From Atractiella rhizophila (taxonomy: Eukaryota), in contig MU271341.1 in assembly GCA_021432655.1 (NCBI GenBank), positions 62,001 through 86,255 of the forward strand: a stretch of DNA of 24,255 nucleotides, given 5' to 3'. The notes beneath the pieces are model-generated. The model was given only the letters and a program-made list of their open reading frames with translations. It had not been told where the DNA came from and made no database searches. Made by a program: the position numbers and the translations under genes. Numbering within the stretch: position 1 is the first letter of the stretch; each line of letters begins with the position of its first letter. Positions 10,533 to 20,900 of the stretch are shown piece by piece.

Positions 10533-13281
10533 CTTGGGTCTAGGGGTCCGTCGAGAGGATTGAAGCTGGATTGAAGGGAGGAATGGTGGGATGGGTTGAA
10601 GATCGGTGGTTGTTTGGCGGTGAAATAAACTTGTACAAAAAGCACGCGACCCAAAGTTTAGGCACAATAAGTCGCAGCAAGCAACAGGATGACAAACAAG
10701 GAATGACCAAATTCCCAACTGGTGGATTCTCAGCTTCTTTTGGGAGGTGACTGGGATTTGGGATTAGGGACAGGAATGGGAATTGGTGCGAATCCATCCA
10801 CGTTGGTCTCTGCTCTATCAGATATATATCCTTGTTTATGCGTCCCTCCCGGCCGAAACGAAACACGTCCATGTCTGAGCATTTCTGCAAACTTTCAACA
10901 GCAGAATTCTCCAATGATATCATTGCATTGGCTCTAGATCCAAGAAGAAGCGACTGCTAGAACTGTCCATGATTCAAGCTGTCTCCATTCACTTCGTCCT
11001 GAGTCTTCACATGGAAGTGAACGGGGAAATATCTCGCCGAGCAAAGTTGAGTTTTGCACCCAGACGTGGCACGAGCTGAGTTCGAACCGCTGAATGTTGG
11101 AGCGCTTCTGAGAATGAGAATGAGAAGAGAAACAAGTGGGGAGCCTCAATGAGCAGCAATTCAATGAGCCTATCAACGAGCAATCCGAGTAATCCTCAAG
11201 TTGTCGGCGCTAAGGATTGGGAACCGATTTATCACCCACATTTCAAGTCAGCAGCGATCAGGCTGACTTACCGTCATTTTTCTCCGTTAATGCTCCTCGA
11301 GAGCCCTGACATGTCTGACACTCCATTTATTGCTGTTCGGTCCAGGTCCACTGAATGAACGGATGTCCATGAACTGTCCGCAAGCAAACTCCTGCAAACA
11401 TCATGTTAAGCCTCATTGGACCTTCTAGCACCGTTGCCGTGTGCCTCTCGTTTATTTCGTTTCATTCGGGGGGATTTCGAAGAAGCGTCGCTTCTCGCAC
11501 CATGATTGTCAGCATATCTGGATTTGAAGCTTGCCAAACTTCTGTAAACGAATGGTTCACATGTGCTGCACCTATATCAATGTGTGATCCTCAGGAGCAT
11601 AGATAATGATGAAGAAGGAGAACTAATCTCACAAGCTCCCCCGTTGTGTGAGGCTACCATAATTCGGTGGAGGAAAGTTGAGAGTCCTTCTGGTTCGTTG
11701 AGCTTCAAGTTCTGATGGCGACGCGAATTTATGCGGTGACGTTGATGCGAATCAGAGCACCCTTGCCTAAACTAGTTGAGGGCTTGTTGGATGGGATGGA
11801 GTAGTGAAATGCAAAGAGTTGTATCTCTGCTTCTGCTGCGACTCTATTACGGTTACATGAAGTTGCCAATCTGCAAGAGACCGATGACACATATTAGCAG
11901 GCTGACGAAGAATGATAGACGTCGATCTAGATAGACGTTGGTCTTTCGCTTGATAACGTTGAATGGGATGGAAAGGTCATGAAATAAAGTCTTTGCTCCA
12001 CAAAGAGCATTGGCGATCTTGGTCCATCCATTGCCCCTCACGATAATGGCATTCCCCGCCACAGTCACAACCGCGAAATTAATTTGGAAGGAGTTTTTGC
12101 AGGTGATGATGCGATGATCAGGCGTAGGAGTAAGGCGGCTTGTGGAGTGGACATGACAGACTAACTTGAATGATGATACTCCAACAGTTGCCATTTCATT
12201 AACGTCATTCTCCTTGCCGAGTTCTTTCTGAAAGTTCTTTTCAGATGTTGCACTGATTTAGCTATCAGTCCAATTCAATTTATTGTAACCTATCCACCTA
12301 GCGTTCCCTGACAATTGTCATGTCCTCTTCCCGTTCACATGGATACTCATTCGGGCAGCGGTCTTGAAGCCTTGAGATCGTGGGATTCTCAGCATTCTCA
12401 AACCTAGCGTTGCAGATACTAGTCTGGAAATGGAAAAGGCAGGTCTGACTGCAGTGGGAACAGAATTCTGTGATTTTAACTGCGCTTCATGAGCTACTCA
12501 TGGAGATGGACACATCCTGCTGCAAATTACGACGAATCAGAGATGTGTTAAATAACGCAAACAGGCATATCCCGTCAAACCAATGTGATATGCCTGACCC
12601 AGCGGGCATAATTATCAGCATAATTGTATTGCTGCAGCTTGCAGCGTTTGAGCGAAATGATCGAGGCTGTGCAAGAACAATGAAATAAGAACAAGTGATC
12701 GAATCTAATCTGCGGAACCTTCCTGCTGTGTTGATCAAGTGACCTTCTCACAGCTCACTGACATCTCTTCTTTTCCCTCGAACGACCAGTCAGCAACGAC
12801 AGCATCTGCCAGACCCCTAAAACTAACACCTCAGAACGCTACTGAGGCCATTTGGAACTGACTAGGTGAGTTGGTCCACTGGTCGTGTCAAGAGGGCCAT
12901 GTTGAATGTCTCCCTTTCTCCGCAATTCCTCAACCCCTTTCCGCATTCGCTGTCATGAAAAACTGCACGAAATAATCAGATCTAGTCCAGCTTCAAGAAA
13001 ATCAAGCAATCACGCCTTCCGTACTCGAAAGGATCAAGTCTTGCTTCCCCTCCTCTTCAAACCGTACCTCCCACTCATCACCTCATTCGCCTCATCAAGT
13101 CCAAGAATCCCACAAATTCCTCCCTTCCAAAACTAGACCGCCCGCAAACACTCGATTTCATTCTTACGCTACTCACAAAGACCAGAGTTCGACCAAGTCT
13201 TTCGAAGGTTTGGACGCGGAGGTTTGGAAAGAGCATTCAAAGGATATTCTCCATCTCAGTGACGACAGCGATACGGAAAGC

Positions 13282-15126
13282 ATGTCTGGTCCCATCAATG
13301 GCATCAGGGTCTCACGTACGTTCCTTTCCTTGTTTCGTCCCGTCGTTGGCCAGCGCCGTTGTCGCGAAAGAGAAGGGAGGACTGTCACCAGTTTGGCGCG
13401 TCCGTCCTTGAACGACGCCAATTGAGCAGCGCAATCGTTGTCGCGCAGCTTTTGGCCTTGGTCGTTCCCTTCTTCGTCCCCTTCTCAGTCCGCGAACGGT
13501 CCGGACTAAGAGCGCTGAATGAGTGATCTTGTGACCACTTGCTAACTTTTTTTCCTCCTCTTGTGACCTCCCTTCTCGACATCTGATCTCAACTCCGTGC
13601 GTGTTTATAAGCTCCTCTTGTTAGAAACCGCCACTGACTACTTTGACATAACCACAGAATGCCTGCTTCACTACCCTCGAATTACCTGCCAGTAGAGGAC
13701 CCCAATAGAATCACGACGGTCCTCGCCTCTGCGGGGAAGAGTGGCGAGGAGAGAGAGATCTCTTACACGAACTGTAAAGTGATCGGCAATGGAAGTTTCG
13801 GAGTCGTCTTCCAAGCGAAACTCATCGCAGGTGGGAGAGACGAGCAAGGGGAGGAAGTGGCAATCAAGAAGGTGCTCCAAGACAAGCGGTTCAAGGTGCG
13901 TGCGCGATACGTCATCACCTCAGGCCTCTGATAGGCATGGTGGATTAGAACCGTGAACTTCAAATCATGCGTTTGGTCTCTCATCCAAACGTCGTAGACC
14001 TACGCTATTTTTTCTACGCGAACGGCGAGAAGGTCAGTCCTGCTCCTTGTCATTCCGTCGATCGAAGCTGAAGGCATAGCAGCAAAAGAAGGATGAGGTG
14101 TACCTCAATCTCGTGCAGGAATTCGTCCCAGAAACAGTTTACCGAGCATCCCGCCACTACGCTAAAGTCAAGCAGTCAATGCCAATCCAATACATCAAAG
14201 TGTACATGTATCAACTTTTCCGTTCTCTCGCCTACATCCATTCGGTAGGCATCTGCCACAGAGACATCAAGCCTCAAAACCTCTTGCTCAACCCATCAAC
14301 CGGCGTCCTCAAGCTCTGTGATTTCGGTTCGGCTAAGATACTCATCGAAGGCGAACCCAACGTCAGCTACATTTGCTCAAGGTATTATCGAGCCCCAGAG
14401 CTTATCTTCGGTGCTACCAACTACACGACGAACATTGGTGCGTGGTTTTACATCATTGTACCCTCCTTTAGGAAAGAAGGTATTGATTGATGAGTGCGCA
14501 GATATCTGGTCGACTGGTTGCGTGATGGCGGAGCTCATGCTTGGACAGCCGCTCTTCCCTGGCGAATCTGGGATCGACCAGCTTGTTGAGATCATCAAAA
14601 TCCTGGGCACGCCTTCAAGGGAGCAAATCAAAACCATGAATCCGAATTACATGGAGCACAAGTTTCCTCAAATCCGTCCACACCCATTCCAAAAGGTCCT
14701 ACTCCTCTTTCCTTCTCCCTTGACCATTGTTAACTGTGGCTATGACAGGTCTTCCGTCCACGCACTCCTCAGGAAGCCGTCGACCTCATTGGAAAAGTAC
14801 TCGAATACACGCCTGGTTCGAGGTTGACGGCCGTCGAGGCCATGTGTCACCCATTCTTCGACGAACTTAGGTTGGAAGAAACAAAGATGCCGAATGGAAA
14901 GGACCTCCCTCCTCTCTTCAACTTCACAGCAGAAGGTTCGTCTTGCTCTTCTCTTCACTCTTTGAATGTTACATACTGATGAATGTACACAGAGCTTTCC
15001 GTTCGTCCCGACTTGATCCAAACGCTCGTGCCTCCCCATGCCGAGCAAGGCCTGCTCAATGCCGGAATCGACATCCATAACTTCAATCCCATTCCGTTGG
15101 AAGACCTTCGAATATCGTTAGATTAA
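13282..15126 (+). CDS. GSK3: Glycogen synthase kinase-3 (GSK-3/Rim11/shaggy family CMGC kinase); 6 introns; complex 5' end
   Basis: [24 protein letters not shown]...[20 protein letters not shown]...[21 protein letters not shown]...[11 protein letters not shown]...CDFGSAKIL...[21 protein letters not shown]...[18 protein letters not shown]...HPFFDELR. Stop TAA at 15124-15126. An alternative in-frame ATG lies at 13659. Confidence 0.97.
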
Positions 15127-15861
15127 GAGGGTTCGTAGAATGAGACGGACCAAGAGATTCCGGGATTGAAAAAAGTTTGACACTATTAACTTGTCTCCAT
15201 GTTGTCCTCTCTGTTCTTTCCCTGATTGCTCTGCCCCGCTCGATCAAGAAATATGAACGGATCTTATACGACGTAACTGAATGTGATGTGCAAACTACAT
15301 AGTGTATGATGGATCGAAGTTGTTACCGACTTTCTCTCTTGAGTGATTGGTTCTTCTTTTAATTTTAGTATATATTTCACTTCTCTGTCTCCTTAGTCCG
15401 TCCACTGTGCCTGCACATCAATTCTCTTACGATGCCTCCGACGGTTTTCTTCTGTTTCCTTTATCCCTTCACTTCCCTCTTTTTCCCTTTTTGTGGCCAG
15501 TTTTATTTGGTTTCTGTGCCTTTCTGAAGTACAAATATCGTCTTGGAATTGGATAGTGGCCTCCTCCAAGGATATATGTCGATGCCCACAGGCCCTTGCT
15601 CGATGACCCCAGAGGTTGAACTCATTGCATCTGTTACAGACACCAAACTGAATTGTTCGGAATCTTAGGTCCACCAATGCACATCCGTCATCGTCATTTG
15701 AAGTTGTGAAGCGTCTGTAGGCATTTGAAGATGTTTGAAAGGTTGCTGCTTCCTTCTGTTCGCGTCTGAATTTGAAATATGACGCAGTCTCTCTTAGGCA
15801 GTGGGATGAGATCACTACGTTTCATTTGGCTGGTCATAGCTTGAGACGCATTCGTAGATCT

Positions 15862-16459
15862 TTACTCCTTGATCTCTTGCTTGTGAAATACACCTTCAAT
15901 CAAAGCGTTCAGCTTTTGGCTACCAACATAGCAATGCGGACTGACCTGGCAATTCAGGCATCCAACTCTCCTTCACTGAACAGAAAAATTCGCCTTTGGG
16001 AGGGATCAACTTCCTCCCTTCGTCCTCCAAAGTTCCATACATCACGTAGATATTATCACCAGCGTGCTCCTTCATAAAGGCTTCCGGTCAGTATTGAACT
16101 GTTCGACTTGATTGGAGAGATAGCGCACTCCGAATTCGAGTATACCACTTCCACAATCCGCGCAGAATTCGCGCTGTAATACCGTTCCACTTCCGTTATC
16201 GCCTCTGTGAATCTTGGGCGTCCCTTTCGTGTATCGAAAGATGGATTTCGGAATCTTGCACGTCACGCCGAAGGGGCCACCAAAGAATTTCTAAATTCGA
16301 TTTGCGACTTAACATCTTGATTTCTGGCGAGGAAAAGGGCAATACCTTGCAATTGTGGCAATGACAGATGGAAGTGCGCAATTCGTCAGGTTTGCTCAGG
16401 TCTAAGGTGTACGACAAGTTTCCACAGTAGCACTGCCCTTTATAAATCGAGCTCGACAT
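15862..16459 (-). CDS. GFA/CENP-V (Mss4-like, DUF636) zinc-binding protein; 3 introns
   Basis: Spliced product MSSSIYKGQCYCGNLSY...SICHCHNCK|KFFGGPFG...QREFCADCGSGILEFG|EHAGDNIYVMYGTL...PPKGEFFCSVKESWMPELP|GVFHKQEIKE*. The GxCxCG, CHCxxC and FCxxCG zinc motifs are typical of the GFA family. Confidence 0.9.
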
Positions 16460-16580
16460 GGTAGGAGCTGAACAATGCTTGACAGGGATAGGTTAGGTTC
16501 TTAGTGTTACTAGCAGTAGCTAAGCGCTTGTTGTTTGTGAGCAGAAAGGGTGGTCGTTTCCTTTGCAAAAGGAGGGAATC

Positions 16581-16612
16581 TGACGTCACGACTGACGCTT
16601 CACCTTCACGTG
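16581..16612. promoter_or_regulatory. CRE palindrome TGACGTCA (16581-16588), TGACG half-site (16593-16597) and E-box CACGTG (16607-16612) upstream of the GFA gene
   Basis: Motifs read directly about 120-150 bp upstream of the GFA ATG. Function is inferred only from known bZIP (ATF/CREB) and bHLH consensus sites. Confidence 0.4.
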
Positions 16613-17926
16613 GGACACCACTTGGACAGCGAAATATCTTTCAGAACAGATTGAGAACAACCGCAGAGACAGAGGATATGTAACGTGCTTGTTAGCATCA
16701 TTTCTCTCACTTAGGACTTCTGCGTAAGTGGGCAATGTGTCGAGATGTCTCCTTCAAGTTCCTTTAAACCTCGATGTTTGGGTATTATACTTTCGATAAT
16801 GATGTTTTTTTTTGGTTGAACATGTAGACTCTCAAAATGGTCTGTTTTCAACGCGGAAAACGCAATTTAGAAAAGTGTAAGTGACTCGACCTGCTGCTCA
16901 CTAGCAACATTGAAGACATGGGTTCTCCGGTTTGCAACCAGCGGCGGACGTTCAGATGAAGAAGGATTGGGATTTTATTTTTATTTCTATGCAGACAGAG
17001 CCTCCTATCTCGCACATAAAAATGCCTTGTCGACACTCCCTCCTTCGAACGATATATTACTCAACCGCTATGTCAGGCGAAACAATGGATCGAGAGCCGT
17101 GACAATTATCGATAAAATAAAACATGTAGACCCAGCATGAAACCACATCCCCGTTGATAGAAAGGGAAGAGGTGATTAAGGGGACCTCTCAGGAATTCAT
17201 ATTGGCAACGAAAGAAAGCAACCTGTTCCGTGAAAGGCAGGAAGAGGTTGGTGTTGAGATGCCTTTGGTCATCGTCCCCTTACACTTGAGGAGGATGGGG
17301 CGATGTATTGAGATGAAAAAGCAACGAGGAACTCAGCCATGCGGGTTGCACTATGAAGCTACATCATGCTTCGTCTCGAATGAAGAAGCGAGCTTTAACA
17401 TCAGTTTTTTCTTCGATTCGACGGTTCGAAGACCCGGCCTTGTCTTTCCGTCGCCATCAGCCATCAGCGGGACTTTGGCTTTAATTTCTTCACTGTTCTT
17501 GACCAGATGGGCTTGAAATCGAAATATAAAGCAACAGCATCTCCCACACGTAGAAGAAACAAATTCCCCTTTACCACTCCAGCTTTCACGCAGTCAAATT
17601 GAACGCACCTAAGCTGCAAATGAACTACAAATAAGACGATCAAGAGACATCCCGAGGACAGGTCGAATTCCAGAGATCCCAAGGAGAATAAGGTGGATTA
17701 CATCGCCAGATCGTTCGTGGATACGCATACGGTCCGGGTTTTGCGGCTTGCATCGTCGTTTCTTCTTCGTAAATCTCACTTGGCACTTAGAGTGAACCAG
17801 GCAAACGACCATCCATTTCGCTTACTTTTGCTCTGCGCTCTCCCTTGGAATAACATCAGGACTACTACAGTTATCTGGTTATTGTCCTCTTCAGAAATCG
17901 CTGTTGTTGCATTGCAAGTTTATGCC

Positions 17927-20900
17927 ATGAGTGCGTAGTGCTCTTTCAGCTTCAATGCTGGTCCATCTAATCCCGCTTGTTCCAGCCTCTCACCCTCACC
18001 CTCACCATCCCCATCATCCTCAGCCGCCGCCTATCCAGATACCATCACTCCCTCCAAACATCCTCCCTCACATCGACACCCTCACCAAACTTTCAAAACG
18101 AGCGAGCCAAATCAGCTCTTCCTTCGACATCCAAACCCAACATCCCCATCAAGCTGGACAACCATCTCCACAAGGGAACGGAAATGGAAATGGTACCGGG
18201 AACCTGGTCGAGGACTCCGATGAGCTTATGAGCCCAAAGGATTGGTGGGATGTGAGAGATTCGAGTGCGAGGCTGGCAGAGTACTTTAAAGAGAGTGAGT
18301 GCTGTGCTTCCCTTTACGGTTTCGACAGCTCGTGGCAGAAGCAGAGAAGAAGCGCTGTGCAACTGGCGGTGCTGTCTTTTGAGGAGAGGAAGAGATCTGA
18401 GCGCGGTCGGGTGTCGCTCGTGTTCGATTGCCAAAGGGCAGATATCTCCAAAGAGACTGGCTTCGGTTGCCGTGTTCACGAGCATAGCTTCTATCTCTTC
18501 TACGTCAGCGATTTGTTCTTCGCTTCACTTCTTGCTGTTACCTTGAATCAATTCCATGCAGTCGTTACAGTTTGGACAGGGCGAGTTGACAGACTGAATG
18601 ACACTTACCCACACCATCCCGTTGCTGGAGAGGAGGCACCGTCTGCTTCTGTCCGTTGGTCCACGTCGATCGTGGCATCAATCAGGATCCTCTCCCATTG
18701 AGGTTACTACAGACCATTTTTCGTTCCTTCTCCAGACTTCGAAGAAGTCCTGTATGTGACAATCGTAATGGTTCTATGGTACTGACGTACGCGATTCCTT
18801 GCAGAGGCACTTCGCTCCGCTGCCACCGCCGACTTGATTAACAGCTGCCGCCACCTCCTGAACGCGTCCATCACACTCCTACCCACCGCTCGTTCCCAAG
18901 AAGCGATCATCGGCGCTACTGAGATCCTTCGCACGCTCGCCAACCTTTGCTACGAGCACGAATCCAATCGTCGGATCTGTCGGGAATCCTCCGTCGACCT
19001 CTCCGTAGTCCTCTTTCTCAGCTCCCTCCTTCTTCAGACCAGCAGTCCGAGTAGCGCTACCAGCTCACCAAGCGGCTATAATACTGTGCTTAATGGAAGT
19101 CCGGGCGGTGGAAGGGAAGGTGTACCGCAGAGAAGTTTGGGGATTGGAGAGTTGAAGGCGCTCAGAGCGGCGGTGGGAGCTATGCTTAATATGTGCAATG
19201 ATTTTGGTCTGTCCTCTCCTTACTTTGGCCGTAGAAGCAGACTGAAGTATGATGTAGAACCGATACGGACTGCATTCCTGAAGAATCAAGTTCTCTCCGT
19301 CCTCTCTGCTGTCATCGATGCTCACAGTGGCATCTATGCCGTGAACTCGTGGAGCTGGAGTCAGCCAAATGATCATGAACACGAACGGCTTTCAATTGGC
19401 TGTGTGATTGTAGAATGGGCTCTGAAGGTAGTTGAAGAGCTGTTTCGAAATGGTTCGTCTTCCTCAACCCCATGTCTCCATCCATCAGATAGGACAGGAC
19501 TGATGGCGGCGAGAGCAGAGGATTCGGCATCCTACCTACCACCAGGATTCATGATCTCCCTCTTTTCTCAACTCCTCTCCTCCCAAGATGACGTCGCAGC
19601 CTCCCCACTCTCCACCCCCTATCTATCCTCGAAAGGAGAATCGATGCTAGATGCAGACCTCGAGATCCTTCGTCTCTGTTCCGAACTGTTCGAAACGCTC
19701 ACCATCGATTCCGCCACCGCACGACTAGCCATCGTCGTCGATCCAGATGGGACACCGACAGCGAGGAATTTTCAAGCTCCTTCGAGTTTACGCAACGCGG
19801 AAGAGGCGGAGGACGACGAGATGAGTTTGAGCGTGGATGAGAGCGGGATGGGAGAGGACGAGATCATGAACCTTGAAGTGGACGAAGAGGAACACGACTC
19901 CTTCCTCTCCCACCTGCTCACCTTTATCGAGTTTGGACAACGACCTACCAATTGGGGTTGGGATTATTTTGCTTCGTCTGCACAGGAGGAGAAGGAGGAT
20001 CGATTGAAGGTTTTTCGGGAATCGAAGGCTGCAATCGAGAGAGCGATAGTCGTGGCACCGACAGAGGATGAGGTCAAGGATATCGTCTTGAATATTAATC
20101 GGAGGAATGCAGCGTGGAGGAATGCGAGGGGAAAGGGGAAGAAGAAGGAACCGATAAGGAGGAGTTGGGTCGTGGATAAGCTTGTGGGATGGCTAGGTGG
20201 CGATTTGTTGGACGAACCGATGCAGGGAGATGGGGCGGAGGAGAGTAGGGAGGATCTCGTCATTTGTGCGAGCCTTACCTTGGGCAACTTGGCGAGGGGA
20301 GGTATGTTTTCCTCTCATTGGCTGAAAGAAGGATAACTGAGGAGTTCTGGTTCCTGAAGATAAGGAGTGTCGAGCCCTCTTGTCACATTATGACCTCGCC
20401 ACGCCGCTCGCACGTCTGCTCAAAAAATTCGCATCGCCCGATTATCTACGGCCAGACAAATCAAGAGAGCGTTTTCAGGTCCTACACGGCGTTTTAGGAC
20501 TATTGAAGAATTTATCCCTTCCACGTGTGTCTCTTTATCGTCGTATCAAGTGGTCAGAAGGCTGAGGCAGTGATGCAGAGGTCAACCGTCCCATATTGGG
20601 GAATGCCGGTGTCATCGAAGCTGCTGTTTACGCTCTACGTCCCGAAATGGACAAAATCAATCCCCTGCAAGTTGCAGCTATAGGTACACTGAAACATCTG
20701 TGTAACGATGAGCGTACGTCTGCTAGGTGTCCTATGACCATTCGCTAATCATGCCGTTTGAATAGCAAGAAACGCATTGCGGATGGTCAAAGTTTTTCCA
20801 GGCACGGAAAATCGGATAGCACCACTTGAGCTCGCCGTCGCACTTCTGCAGCGTACGGAGGATGTGCGATTACGATCAGAAGCCACGAGGTTGTTGATCA

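Noticed and set aside
10533..10718. In-frame TTG-started upstream extension of the TF
   Set aside because: It is short (62 codons), its composition resembles intron or UTR sequence, and it has no convincing start context.
14098..14140. Gln at the GSK-3 gatekeeper position ([11 protein letters not shown])
   Set aside because: I recall the same VQEF sequence in other fungal GSK-3 proteins, so it is not unusual.
16620..17900. ORFs between the GFA and ARM genes (e.g. 17154-17516 +, 17464-17682 -)
   Set aside because: Mostly non-ATG starts, no recognisable motifs and no consistent splice model; treated as intergenic.
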